From: Thermoproteota archaeon
GTDB taxonomy: Archaea; Korarchaeota; Korarchaeia; Korarchaeales; Korarchaeaceae
Length of the DNA: 61,089 bases
NCBI GenBank assembly: GCA_027491415.1
Contig: JAOZFH010000013.1
Coordinates: 1 to 61,089, forward strand
Direction of reading: 5' to 3'
Shown here piece after piece: positions 1-9,175 of the stretch. Under the pieces are notes generated by a model, which was not told the origin of the DNA, did not search any database, and saw nothing but the letters and a program-made list of their open reading frames with translations. Position numbers and translations under genes: made by a program. Position 1 is the first letter of the stretch, and each line of letters starts with the position of its first letter.

Positions 1-1684
1 CGGCGAGGACGACGACGGAGATGGCCTGGTGGACGAGGACCCAATCCCGTGGCACGACTACTTCGGTACGGGCCTCCCGTTCTTCACGGGAGACGAGGAC
101 AACGACGGGCTCTTCGACGAGGACCCGGTGAACGGGGCGGACGACGACTTCGACGGGCTGGTGGACGAGGACCCGGCCGGGATAGACAACGACGGGGACG
201 GGCTGGTGGACGAGGACACCGAGATATGGCCGGACTTCGTCGGCAAGGTCAAGGCGCTGATAGACGCCACCGAGTGGTGGGGGTACACCGGAGACGGCTC
301 CGCCGAGGACTTCTGGTTCCACGGCACCCACGTCTCCGAGACGGCTGTCGGCCTCGGCACCAGCATGTGGGGTAAGTACGGAGGCGCGGGGGCAGGGTAC
401 TACTGGCCTCCGATACCGGGCGTCGCCCCTGGGGCGGACCTAGCGATGGTCAGATTCTTCGGCGACCAGGGGTCCTGGGAGGTGAACTACCAGTACGTAG
501 ACGAGTGGTCGGCGTACGCGATGGCCCACAGATCGACCGGCGCGTACATAAACTCCAACTCCTGGGGCTACCCGTCCGGGGGTGAGTACAGCCTCTACGA
601 GGCGTACTGGGACCTGTTCGCCAAGGGAGGCGTCGACTGGGACCTTGACGGCGACCCCGAGCCGCCAATGGTCTGCGTGTTCGCTGCCGGCAACGACGGG
701 CCGGATCCGACCGTGAGCCTAGACGGTCCGGGAATAGCCAAGAACGTCATACAGGTGGGCGCCACGACGAACCCGCCGTTCTTCCCGCCCAACCAGTTCG
801 CCAGCTTCAGCAGCAGGGGCCCGACCGCGGACGGCAGGATAAAGCCGGACGTCGTGGCCCCGGGCTACTACGTTGTGGGGCCCATAACGGGGATGTACAT
901 GTACGGCTGGCTGACCCCTGACCCCGTGCAGGGCCTGCACGCGTGGGCGGCGGGGACCAGCATGGCGACGCCCCAGGTGGCCGGCGCCGCTGCGCTGTGG
1001 GAGGAGACGTTCAGCTTCGCTGGGACACTCTCGCCGTCGGCCGTGAAGGCCCTGATAGTTAACTTCGCAGACTGGATGGGCTACGACCCCACCGCCGACT
1101 CGGACGGAAACGGCAACCCCGACCTCTACGACATGGGCTTTGGCCAGCTCGACTTCTACAATTGGCTCTCATACCCTGGCGTGCTCTTCGTCTGCGACGA
1201 GTGCATGGAGGTCTCTGGAGGGTGGTTCACAACGCTCTACTTCGTAGTTGATGACCCATCAGTGCCACTCAGGGTCACGCTGGCCTGGAGCGATCCGCCG
1301 CAGTGGGCTGCCGGAGTCCCGGCGCTGATCAATGATTTCGACCTGCAGGTGATAGCCCCTGATGGCACCGTTTACAACGGAAACGACCTAACCCCGCCCT
1401 ACGATGACCAGAGGGACAAAGTTAACAACGTCGAGAGGGTCATCATAGACGCCCCCATGGCCGGCAAGTACACCATTAGGGTCTGGGCCCGCAGCACTCC
1501 GATGAGCGACCCGCCGTTCTCGCTGGTCATCTTCGGCGGAGGTATGCCCAAGTTCCCGGGGCCCTTCGGTCCGGGCGTGGGCGGCCTGTACGCCCCGGCC
1601 GCGCTGCCCCTAACGGTGGCCGTGGCCTCCGTGGCCGTGGCCGGCGCGGCCGCGGTCTCCTACCACTGGAGGAGGAGGCACTGA
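1..1684 (+). CDS. Subtilisin-like S8 serine protease, membrane-anchored, 5'-truncated by window edge
   Basis: Catalytic His motif HGTHV, oxyanion AAGNDG, FSSRGPTADGRIKPDVVAPG, catalytic Ser GTSMATPQVAG. C-terminal beta domain (LRVTLAWSDPP...NNVERV). Acidic DxDGLVDED repeats. Ends in a hydrophobic helix + WRRRH. Confidence 0.93.
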   Translation, partial: GEDDDGDGLVDEDPIPWHDYFGTGLPFFTGDEDNDGLFDEDPVNGADDDFDGLVDEDPAGIDNDGDGLVDEDTEIWPDFVGKVKALIDATEWWGYTGDGSAEDFWFHGTHVSETAVGLGTSMWGKYGGAGAGYYWPPIPGVAPGADLAMVRFFGDQGSWEVNYQYVDEWSAYAMAHRSTGAYINSNSWGYPSGGEYSLYEAYWDLFAKGGVDWDLDGDPEPPMVCVFAAGNDGPDPTVSLDGPGIAKNVIQVGATTNPPFFPPNQFASFSSRGPTADGRIKPDVVAPGYYVVGPITGMYMYGWLTPDPVQGLHAWAAGTSMATPQVAGAAALWEETFSFAGTLSPSAVKALIVNFADWMGYDPTADSDGNGNPDLYDMGFGQLDFYNWLSYPGVLFVCDECMEVSGGWFTTLYFVVDDPSVPLRVTLAWSDPPQWAAGVPALINDFDLQVIAPDGTVYNGNDLTPPYDDQRDKVNNVERVIIDAPMAGKYTIRVWARSTPMSDPPFSLVIFGGGMPKFPGPFGPGVGGLYAPAALPLTVAVASVAVAGAAAVSYHWRRRH

Positions 1685-1809
1685 GGTCCCCTTCCCCCTC
1701 TCCCCCTCTTTCTCGAACTCCCTCACCCGATGGGGGCCTTTTTATCCACCGGGCGGCCTGCCCGAGGACGATATGCGGGCCGAGCCCGGGGCCAACCAGA
1801 GGTGAAGGA

Positions 1810-2583
1810 ATGACCTCCTCACGAAAGGCTCTGGCGGTCCTCACGGCAGCTTCCGTCCTGCTGACGCTTGGGGCCCACGCAGCGATTCGGGGGGGCGGCG
1901 AGAACCAGCCGGGGGGGTCGGCGCAGGCGGCGCTCTTGGACTCCTTGGCAATAGAGTTTCCCAATCCCGGCCTCGCCGAAGATCTGAGAGAGGCCCTGAG
2001 CGCGGCCAACATGACTCTGGACGTGTTTACACACTGGAACGTCTCCGTCGACCTGTACCGAAGGCTCCCCACGCTTGGTTACAGGCTGATCATACTCCGG
2101 GTCCACACGGCCGCCTACTACGAGGACGGTAGGCCCGTGCACGTGGCCCTGGGGACTGGCGAGCCATTCGCCTCGCACAGGTACGTGGACCTCCAGCTCT
2201 CCAGGAAGATCGGCGCGCTGGTGCTCCTCACGTCGGACGACAGGTACTTCGCAGTCCCGCCGGAGTTCATCCGGTCCGAGATGGAGGGGAACTTTCACGG
2301 GGCCGTGGTAATCATAGCAGGCTGCAAGGGGCTCGTGACAAACGTGACCGCAGAGGCTCTGGTGAGGGGGGGCGCGTCCGTGGTCATAGGTTGGGACGAG
2401 GACGTCACCGCCACTCACACGGACGCGGCCGTGGTCCTGCTGGTCAGGCTCCTTGCTGAAGGGAAGACCGTCGAAGAGGCGGTAACCAAAGTCATGGAGG
2501 TCCTCGGGCCCGATCCCCTGTACGGGGCGCGGCTCAGGTGGTACCCTCAGGACGCTGGGGGCGTCCGACTCATTTCCGGCTGA
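1810..2583 (+). CDS. Secreted hypothetical protein with caspase/CHAT (clan CD)-like His-Cys motifs
   Basis: N-terminal signal peptide. IILRVH, VVIIAGC and GASVVIGW pattern resembles CHAT/C25 folds. Confidence 0.55.
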   Translation: MTSSRKALAVLTAASVLLTLGAHAAIRGGGENQPGGSAQAALLDSLAIEFPNPGLAEDLREALSAANMTLDVFTHWNVSVDLYRRLPTLGYRLIILRVHTAAYYEDGRPVHVALGTGEPFASHRYVDLQLSRKIGALVLLTSDDRYFAVPPEFIRSEMEGNFHGAVVIIAGCKGLVTNVTAEALVRGGASVVIGWDEDVTATHTDAAVVLLVRLLAEGKTVEEAVTKVMEVLGPDPLYGARLRWYPQDAGGVRLISG

Positions 2584-2647
2584 TCGGCCGCCGTTGGGCT
2601 GTGGGCGAGGGAACCTTAAATCTCCCTTGGGGTCAGGGTCGCCGGTG

Positions 2648-3646
2648 GTGAAGAGGCTCAAGACATCCTCTCTCTACGCGCTGATTCTGACCCTCGTCCT
2701 CGCTGCGCCGATCTCTGGCGTCTCCTCGGTCCTGGCCGCCGAGGGTTCGATCGGGGGAGTTGTCGTGATCGCCAATTCCTACGACGCACAGGCGGCCCAG
2801 GTGATAGTGGAGAGCCTCCAGAGGATCGGCGTTGACGTCGAGGTGCTCTCCCCCGAGCGTGCGGGTGAGGTGGGGGACCGATTCCCCGTGATCCTGGGGG
2901 GGCCCGACGCCTACGAGGGCGCGGGTGAGATCTCGGCCCTGGTACTCAACGACAGCGATGAGGATTGGCTCAGGCAGATGCCCGGGGCCATCCTAGTCTA
3001 CCTAGGATACTGGGGCAACCGGACCGCGGTGGTGATAGCCGGTCAGACCAGGAACGAGACCCTCCTCGCCTCCAAGCTCTACGCGGTCTCCGGCCTCCCA
3101 GGTTCACCTATCTCCGCAATCATGACGAGCCTGGAGGCCAGGGGCGTATCCCCTGGGCAGTACGCGAACTACTCGACCACGATAATCTCGCCCTACGGGG
3201 GCAACGTAACCGGATACATGCTCTACACAGTCTCTTCCGGAAGCCTGGGTGACGTCCCGGCGACCGTCATAGTCCAGAGCGCCGTGAACGTGTACGCTCC
3301 CCAGTCCAACGCCACCAGCGTCGCCTACTACCTCTCCAATGGGACGGTGTGTACCTACGCCTCCATCAGCGGCGCGGGGGTGGGGAGCTTCTCCTCCAAC
3401 CTGTCCTGCCGGCTCTGGGAGCCCCCCAACCTCTCCGAGCAGGAGATCCCGAGGGTCTTGGGGAGGGCCACCGCCGAGTACAGGGAGGTGCCAGCCGGGA
3501 GGTTCCTCTGCGCGAAGTTCGCCCGACAGACCGGAGCCGTGTGGGTGAGCCCCGACGTCCCCATAACGGGAATCGTCGAGGTGATCGACTACCAGCCCGG
3601 AGGGCCCCTCTCAGTCATGTCCCTCGTGAGCTTCTCCTGGGGGTGA
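2648..3646 (+). CDS. Secreted cell-surface glycoprotein
   Basis: Signal peptide. VILGGPDAYEG S-layer/cell-wall-binding-like segment. Many NxS/T sequons. C-terminal VPAGRF..VWVSPDVP motif. Start GTG 2648 inferred. Confidence 0.6.
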   Translation: MKRLKTSSLYALILTLVLAAPISGVSSVLAAEGSIGGVVVIANSYDAQAAQVIVESLQRIGVDVEVLSPERAGEVGDRFPVILGGPDAYEGAGEISALVLNDSDEDWLRQMPGAILVYLGYWGNRTAVVIAGQTRNETLLASKLYAVSGLPGSPISAIMTSLEARGVSPGQYANYSTTIISPYGGNVTGYMLYTVSSGSLGDVPATVIVQSAVNVYAPQSNATSVAYYLSNGTVCTYASISGAGVGSFSSNLSCRLWEPPNLSEQEIPRVLGRATAEYREVPAGRFLCAKFARQTGAVWVSPDVPITGIVEVIDYQPGGPLSVMSLVSFSWG

Positions 3647-3650
3647 GGGC

Positions 3651-3977
3651 GTGTCGGACCCCGAGGAGGGGACGATACGAGAGCGGATCGTGAGGCTTCT
3701 CTCCTCCGCGGAGTATCCCATGTCGGCCGCGGAGATCGCCCGGGAGCTCGGCCTGCCGCCCGGGGAGGTGAGGTCGGTCTACGCCCACCTGGAGCACGTG
3801 GCGAAGACGCTGAACGGGATGTACGGCGGCTCCCTGGTGCTCCTCATGGAACCCCCACACTGCAGGAAGTGCGGCTACGTCTTCAAGAGCCTCAAGAAGC
3901 CCAGAAAACCCAGCAGATGCCCGAAGTGTGGTAGCGAGTGGATCGAGCCCCCGAGGTTTATAATCGGCCAGCCCTGA
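3651..3977 (+). CDS. Archaeal HTH + Zn-ribbon transcriptional regulator (COG3357-like)
   Basis: wHTH (SAAEIARELG) followed by CRKCGYVF...KPSRCPKCGSEWIEPPRF. Confidence 0.88.
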   Translation: MSDPEEGTIRERIVRLLSSAEYPMSAAEIARELGLPPGEVRSVYAHLEHVAKTLNGMYGGSLVLLMEPPHCRKCGYVFKSLKKPRKPSRCPKCGSEWIEPPRFIIGQP

Positions 3978-4527
3978 CGGCCTTGACGGGCCTACCCTCG
4001 ACCGTGAGTCCGAGCAGTGCCCCGACCGCTGCCTCCGCCTTGGGAACTAGGATGGAGAACGCCGCGGCGTTGGTGAGCTCGTGGAGGAGGGCGAACGGTA
4101 TGCCTGCGATAAGGGCCGCCTCTACCGGAAAGCCGAACGTCAGGGCGAAGACCACATTGGTGAGGAGATCATAAGCGAGGGTCGTCGAGAACCCTAAGGC
4201 CGCCAGGATGACCCTCGGGGGCCTCTTACCTGCTGTCAGCGACCTTGAGAGCCAGCCCGCAAGAGCGTACATCCACTCTCCCACAATTGTCGCGATCCAA
4301 ATCGTTGGGATAAAACCGTAGGGATTGAAAAAGCCATAAATGAGCCAGGTGAGGGTCGCCACCGCCACACCATCAATGAGTCCCAAACTGAGACCCGCTA
4401 TGAATACGATCGAATCCATGAGCTTGACGTTCGGTATGCCTATCATAGCGAAGTTGGTGGCGATGGCGAGGGCAGAGAGCAGGCCAACCACGGCTGCCCT
4501 CCTGCTAGCCCCGTTGTGGGCCCTCAC
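3958..4527 (-). CDS. ECF transporter S component, CbrT-like (cobalamin?)
   Basis: About 6 TM helices, LSALAIA motif and IPNVKLMD loop resembling CbrT. Lies downstream of a DUF4430 gene. Start GTG 4527 with GGTGGTGAGG upstream. Confidence 0.72.
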   Translation of the reverse strand: MRAHNGASRRAAVVGLLSALAIATNFAMIGIPNVKLMDSIVFIAGLSLGLIDGVAVATLTWLIYGFFNPYGFIPTIWIATIVGEWMYALAGWLSRSLTAGKRPPRVILAALGFSTTLAYDLLTNVVFALTFGFPVEAALIAGIPFALLHELTNAAAFSILVPKAEAAVGALLGLTVEGRPVKAVRAGRL

Positions 4528-4546
4528 CTGGCCCTCACCACCACAC

Positions 4547-5017
4547 TTACGGCGGGGTCGGCAGAGGGCTCTGAGAAGTATCCTCATAATACCAGAAGAG
4601 AGTCTCCCCGTCCATCACCACGTACCTGTCCGCGGCGATCGGACCCTCCTGCCAGCCTCCCCAGTCGGTCCAAGTCCACCACATCCAGTAATACGGGTTG
4701 CTGTTGGCCACACCATTGATGGACTCAACAAACGCGCCCATGCCCGGGTACTCCGTGTAGTTAACGCTTGCCACGGCCAAGGTCACATCCAGGAGGGTCG
4801 ATCCCTTCTTAACCCGGGTCCCGTTGTGCCAAGTTACCTCTCCGCCCTGGATTCCTATCCCCAAGTTTACAGTAACGTACTCGCCCTCCAGCCCCTGTGT
4901 GAGCTCAGCTATTCTCTGGTTAAGTCTTGTGGCCTCAGATCTGTAGTAGACGGCCAGCATAGAGGCTGAGATGGCCCAAATCAGTAGGAGGACCGACGCG
5001 GCGACCCACTTCTCCAT
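4547..5017 (-). CDS. DUF4430 / transcobalamin-like beta-grasp protein, N-terminally anchored
   Basis: TLLDVT...GAFVESINGVANSNPYYWMWW...ADRYVVMDGETLFWYY motif. N-terminal TM helix + short coiled coil. Confidence 0.82.
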   Translation of the reverse strand: MEKWVAASVLLLIWAISASMLAVYYRSEATRLNQRIAELTQGLEGEYVTVNLGIGIQGGEVTWHNGTRVKKGSTLLDVTLAVASVNYTEYPGMGAFVESINGVANSNPYYWMWWTWTDWGGWQEGPIAADRYVVMDGETLFWYYEDTSQSPLPTPP

Positions 5018-5025
5018 GGGATCAC

Positions 5026-5044
5026 TGGATGGATTATCCGTCCA
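5026..5044. promoter_or_regulatory. Candidate operator palindrome TGGATGGAT-T-ATCCGTCCA
   Basis: 9-bp arms with one mismatch. Lies between the TATA-like TATAATAAG (5049-5057) and the DUF4430 start, in a 70-bp divergent intergenic region. Confidence 0.6.
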
Positions 5045-5087
5045 TACCTATAATAAGTTTCCACCACTAAAACCTATCCCGAGGGAG

Positions 5088-5741
5088 ATGAAGGAGTCCC
5101 CTGCTCTGGCGGATCTTCTCTCGGCGATCGACGCACTGATTCCGCGAAGGATTGGACCAGAGGCCAAGTTTCGGATAGAACACGTAGTGCTCGCTTTGCT
5201 AAAGTTACACCGTGCCGGGAGAATTGGAAGGCGGAAGCTGGCTTCCGAGCTGGGACTTGGAGAGGGCAGCGTCAGAAGCCTGCTCAAGAGACTAGTGTCC
5301 AGTGGCCTAGCGGAGAGCTCGAGGGCTGGGTGGGGACTGGCCCCCTCTGGAGAGGAACTCGTCGAGTCCCTGAAGAGGTTTTTGGTAGGTCCCATTAGAG
5401 TGAGGGCCGGAAATCTCACTGTGAGTTCCAAAGACGCCGCAGTCCTCGTCAGAGGGGGAGAGAGGGGCGTAACCACTGGGCTGGGGATTCGCGACGCAGC
5501 CTTCAGAGCAGGCGCCGATGGGGCAACCGTTCTCGTGTTGAGGCCGGACGCGGTGTACTTTCCCGATGGGGTGAAGTGCCCGGGTGACCTACAGAAGAAG
5601 GCGAGGGAGATAGCAAAATCCTTGAAAGCAAGAACAGGAGACGCGATTATCATCGGCACATCCAAGAACTACGTACTCGCGGAACTCGGAGCGATCTCCG
5701 GCGCCATCAATCTCCTGAGGAGGATATCCTCTATGGAGTGA
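5088..5741 (+). CDS. wHTH transcriptional regulator with C-terminal ligand-binding domain (DUF4443/DUF2111-like)
   Basis: IGRRKLASELGLGEGSVRSLLKRL HTH. GLGIRDAAFRAGADGATVLV C-terminal motif. Confidence 0.78.
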   Translation: MKESPALADLLSAIDALIPRRIGPEAKFRIEHVVLALLKLHRAGRIGRRKLASELGLGEGSVRSLLKRLVSSGLAESSRAGWGLAPSGEELVESLKRFLVGPIRVRAGNLTVSSKDAAVLVRGGERGVTTGLGIRDAAFRAGADGATVLVLRPDAVYFPDGVKCPGDLQKKAREIAKSLKARTGDAIIIGTSKNYVLAELGAISGAINLLRRISSME

Positions 5742-5787
5742 TGAGATATCCAGCGGAGCTGTGGAGGGGTCCAGATGATCCCCAACC

Positions 5788-6474
5788 TCACTTGGACTTG
5801 GCTGTCAAGGCGTCGGCGATGGCCAGCAGGGCGGCCCTCTCCCAGGAGTCTTGAGGCTGCTCCCAGGCCCTCCTCTCGAGGCCGGCGGCCAGCCTCACGG
5901 CGTAATCCCTCGGGGCTCCCTCGGCGAGGGCCTTGAGACCGATCAGAATGGCCTCCAAGGCCTCGCTGCTCGAGGGCATCCTCAGGACGACGTTGGAGAG
6001 CTCCTCGTAGGCCCTGACCACGTCTCCCCCGTGGGCCATCGCCAGGGCCGTCCTGACCCTGCCGAGCGCCCGGGCCTCCGCCTCCAGGTCCTCCAGCTGG
6101 ATGGCCCTCTTGGATATCTCCCTCTCGAGTTCCACTCTCCGCCGCTCGAGCCTAGAGGAGCCCAACCTCAGGATGGTCCACAGGAAAACCGCCCCTCCCA
6201 GGGCGGCCATGGTCAGGGCACGCTGCACCCAAGGGGCCACCCTCCCGGACGGGAGCAGCATCATCGACGCGATCACTATGGCGGCCAGGATCACCGTGCC
6301 CTCGAGAACCCTCCTGACGAGGCGGTCCACCCTATCTGATATCGAGGCCTCTTCGTCCCTCAGCCTAGATATCGTACTTTCCAAGGAGGCCAGCCTAGAT
6401 TCGAGGTCGTCGACCCTCTTATCGAGCACCGCGAGCGTCAGGCTAAGGTCGGGCCCTGTGGAGTCAGGCGACAT
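5788..6474 (-). CDS. Hypothetical membrane protein (coiled coil, 2 TM, coiled coil)
   Basis: Two hydrophobic helices flanked by heptad-rich segments. Confidence 0.6.
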   Translation of the reverse strand: MSPDSTGPDLSLTLAVLDKRVDDLESRLASLESTISRLRDEEASISDRVDRLVRRVLEGTVILAAIVIASMMLLPSGRVAPWVQRALTMAALGGAVFLWTILRLGSSRLERRRVELEREISKRAIQLEDLEAEARALGRVRTALAMAHGGDVVRAYEELSNVVLRMPSSSEALEAILIGLKALAEGAPRDYAVRLAAGLERRAWEQPQDSWERAALLAIADALTAKSK

Positions 6475-6535
6475 TCCCGGTCATCCGCCGCCCGCCACGC
6501 CAAAAAGATATTCCAAGTCCCCCACTTCCCCGGGC

Positions 6536-6931
6536 CTACCTCGACCTCTTGCCCAGGTACCTCTGAAACAGCGCCCTGTGCCTCTGATAAATCTCGGCCC
6601 TGAGCCTGTTGAACTCCTCCTGGGAGATGAGGCCCCCCTCCAGCCGAGACCTCAGGGCCCTCATCTCCTCCATGAACGATATGAACTCGGGGTCGAGCCC
6701 CCTACGGGCGCCTGGCTCCTCGGGCGAGGGGAGGGCGGCCCCCGCGAAGAATGCGGCCGCACCCAAGGCGCCCAGGGCGAGCGGTACCTTGGAGCTCGAC
6801 GCAAGGAACTCCTCAACCAACTCGTTCCGACTCGTCTGAAGGGCTGGGAGAGTTGCTTGCTTGCTTAGGGAGAGCAGGAAAAGGGAAGACACCATTAGGA
6901 TGAGCCCGGCGAGCGCCATGAGAGGACGCAT
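6536..6931 (-). CDS. Membrane protein with SHOCT-like C-terminus
   Basis: Two hydrophobic segments. LRSRLEGGLISQEEFNRLRAEI matches the SHOCT pattern. Confidence 0.6.
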   Translation of the reverse strand: MRPLMALAGLILMVSSLFLLSLSKQATLPALQTSRNELVEEFLASSSKVPLALGALGAAAFFAGAALPSPEEPGARRGLDPEFISFMEEMRALRSRLEGGLISQEEFNRLRAEIYQRHRALFQRYLGKRSR

Positions 6932-7048
6932 TTTCCACCGGAGGCCCCCGGTGGAAACTAAAAAAATCCTTATGCCCCGCCCGGGTTGGTTGGGAGTTCT
7001 ATCAAGCCCGCGCCTTGAGTGACCCCTCCTCCCGGGATAGATCTCCGA

Positions 7049-8008
7049 TCAGGTCCGCCCCAGGAGCTTCCTCAGGAGCCCCACCCAGGCAGACGCTAGG
7101 GCCTCTCTGCTATACCCCCCGCCTCCAACCGCGAGGATTCGGCCTCTCGCGTGCTTTTCGGCGACCTTAACGACCTCTTCGACGAACTTTAGGTAACCCG
7201 ACGCTGTGTAGGACAGATGCGTCAGAGGGTCCGCCGCCAGCCCGTCCGCGCCCGCCTGAAGAACCACGAGCTCGGGCTCCGCCCTGTCGGCGAACTCGGC
7301 CAACTCCTTGGCTGCCTCCGCGAGCTCGTCGTCTCCGGCTCCGGGCGGCAGCGGGACGTTTAGCTTCGTCCCCCTGGCCTCGCCCTCCCCGACCTCGTGC
7401 CTGAACCCCGTGCCGGGGTATAGGTACCTCCCGTCCTCGTGGACGTCGAAGATCCAGACCCTCGGGTCGGCGTAGAACCCGTAGAACACCCCGTCTCCGT
7501 GGTGGGCGTCCACGTCGACGTAGAGGATCCTCTCCACGCCAGCCCGGAGGGCAAACTCGAGGGCGACACCCACGTCGTTGAATACGCAGAAGCCGGCCGC
7601 CCGATTCCTGCGGGCGTGGTGGAGCCCGCCAACGGGGTTGAAGGCCCTCAGGCTCTCTCCACTCAGCACGGCCTCAAGGGCCCTGAGCGTGGCTCCAACG
7701 ACCCAAAGCGAGGCCTCGTACACGCCCGGAAATGCTGGCGTGTCGCCGTAGTCCAGGTAGCCGACCCCGCCCTTGGACACCCGGGCCACGAACTCCACGT
7801 AGTCTGGGTCGTGGAAGAGCTCCACCTCGTCCCTCGACGCCATCCTCGGCCCGCAGACCGTCACCCCCGGGTGGGTGTCCAGGCCCTCCCCCCTGAGGCG
7901 CCTGAGGAAGGCCTCGTACCTGTCCGACCTGAACGGGTGCGGCTCCGGGAAGGAGTACAGCTTCAGTTCGTCCCCCAGGACCAGGCAGAGCCTGCGGGTC
8001 TGGGTCAC
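7049..8008 (-). CDS. Histone deacetylase / AcuC family Zn amidohydrolase
   Basis: GGLHHA, AAGFCVFND, YVDVDAHHGDG, QAGADGLAADPL and GGGGY motifs. Confidence 0.95.
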   Translation of the reverse strand: MTQTRRLCLVLGDELKLYSFPEPHPFRSDRYEAFLRRLRGEGLDTHPGVTVCGPRMASRDEVELFHDPDYVEFVARVSKGGVGYLDYGDTPAFPGVYEASLWVVGATLRALEAVLSGESLRAFNPVGGLHHARRNRAAGFCVFNDVGVALEFALRAGVERILYVDVDAHHGDGVFYGFYADPRVWIFDVHEDGRYLYPGTGFRHEVGEGEARGTKLNVPLPPGAGDDELAEAAKELAEFADRAEPELVVLQAGADGLAADPLTHLSYTASGYLKFVEEVVKVAEKHARGRILAVGGGGYSREALASAWVGLLRKLLGRT

Positions 8009-9126
8009 GCCCGTATCTCATCCCTCCTCACGGTGTACTTCTCCACCTTGTCCTCCAGGACTTCCACCCCAATGCCCGGCCCTCTGGGCACGCTCAGCGT
8101 CCCGTCCCCGTTGAGGGACCAGGGCGGCTCCACCAGGTCCTCCTCGTAGTACCTGTCGCTGGCCGATATGTCAGAGGGCATCGTCACGCCCGGGAGGGAG
8201 GCGGCGGCGACCAAGAACGCCCTGCCTATCCCGGTCTCGAGCAGACCCCCAATCCAGAGGGGTCTCCCGGCGGAGGCAGCCCACAGGTCGTGTATCCTCA
8301 GCGACTCCAGCAGCCCCCCAACCCTGGCGGGCTTGAGGTTCAGTATGAGAGCGGAGTCCAGCTGGAGGGCCTCAACCGCGTCGTCGACGCTCTCCACGCT
8401 CTCGTCAAGGCAGAGGGGGGTCTCGAGGCGCCTTGCCAGCTCGGCGTGAGCCAGCAGGTTCCTGGGTCTCAGGGGCTGCTCGATCATCATGAGGCCCAGG
8501 TCGTCCAGGGCTCTCAGCCTCTCGATGCTGGCGAGCGTGTAGGCGCCGTTCGCATCCACCATTAGCCTCAGTTCGGGATGCGCCTCCCTGACGGCCTGAG
8601 CGGGCTGCCTATCCCACCCAGGCCTTATCTTAAGCTTCACCCGCCTGTAGCCCCTATCGAGGTAGGATTCCACCACCCTGAGGGTCTCCTCTACACCCGG
8701 CTGGATGCCCACGCTGACGCCCACCTGAACCCTCTCCTTGGTACCCCCTATCACATCTCTCAGGGACTTACCTTCTAGCTTGGCCTTCAGATCCCAGAGA
8801 GCGAGCTCCAGACCGGCCCTCGCCATCCTGTGCCCCCTTACCCTAGAGACCCTCTCAAGGAAGTCCTCCGGCCCTTCGATCTCCGAGCCAACGATGGGGG
8901 GGGTCAGGAAGTCCCTCAATACGTGCCACGCCGTGGACACGGTCTCGGGGCTGTACCACGGACCGACGGACACGGGCGCCTCACCCCAGCCCACCTCGCC
9001 GCCCCTCTCCTCCACCCTTATCAGAATCGTGTTCCGCACGTTCTCGACGCCGAAGCTCGTCTCGAAGGGCTCCACTAGTCCCATGGCCACGTGAAATATC
9101 TCAACGCTTCGGACGAGCACGCGCAA
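8005..9126 (-). CDS. menC: o-succinylbenzoate synthase / N-acylamino acid racemase (enolase superfamily)
   Basis: PFETSFG, KLKI, DANGAY, MIEQPL, CLDES, NLKPARVGG, GGLLETGIG, DISASDRYY. These match the NSAR/OSBS subfamily. Confidence 0.9.
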   Translation of the reverse strand: MRVLVRSVEIFHVAMGLVEPFETSFGVENVRNTILIRVEERGGEVGWGEAPVSVGPWYSPETVSTAWHVLRDFLTPPIVGSEIEGPEDFLERVSRVRGHRMARAGLELALWDLKAKLEGKSLRDVIGGTKERVQVGVSVGIQPGVEETLRVVESYLDRGYRRVKLKIRPGWDRQPAQAVREAHPELRLMVDANGAYTLASIERLRALDDLGLMMIEQPLRPRNLLAHAELARRLETPLCLDESVESVDDAVEALQLDSALILNLKPARVGGLLESLRIHDLWAASAGRPLWIGGLLETGIGRAFLVAAASLPGVTMPSDISASDRYYEEDLVEPPWSLNGDGTLSVPRGPGIGVEVLEDKVEKYTVRRDEIRA

Positions 9127-9175
9127 CCGCCGGGGGAGCTACGTAATAACCCGATCGCCCCAGTCGGCTGAGGGC

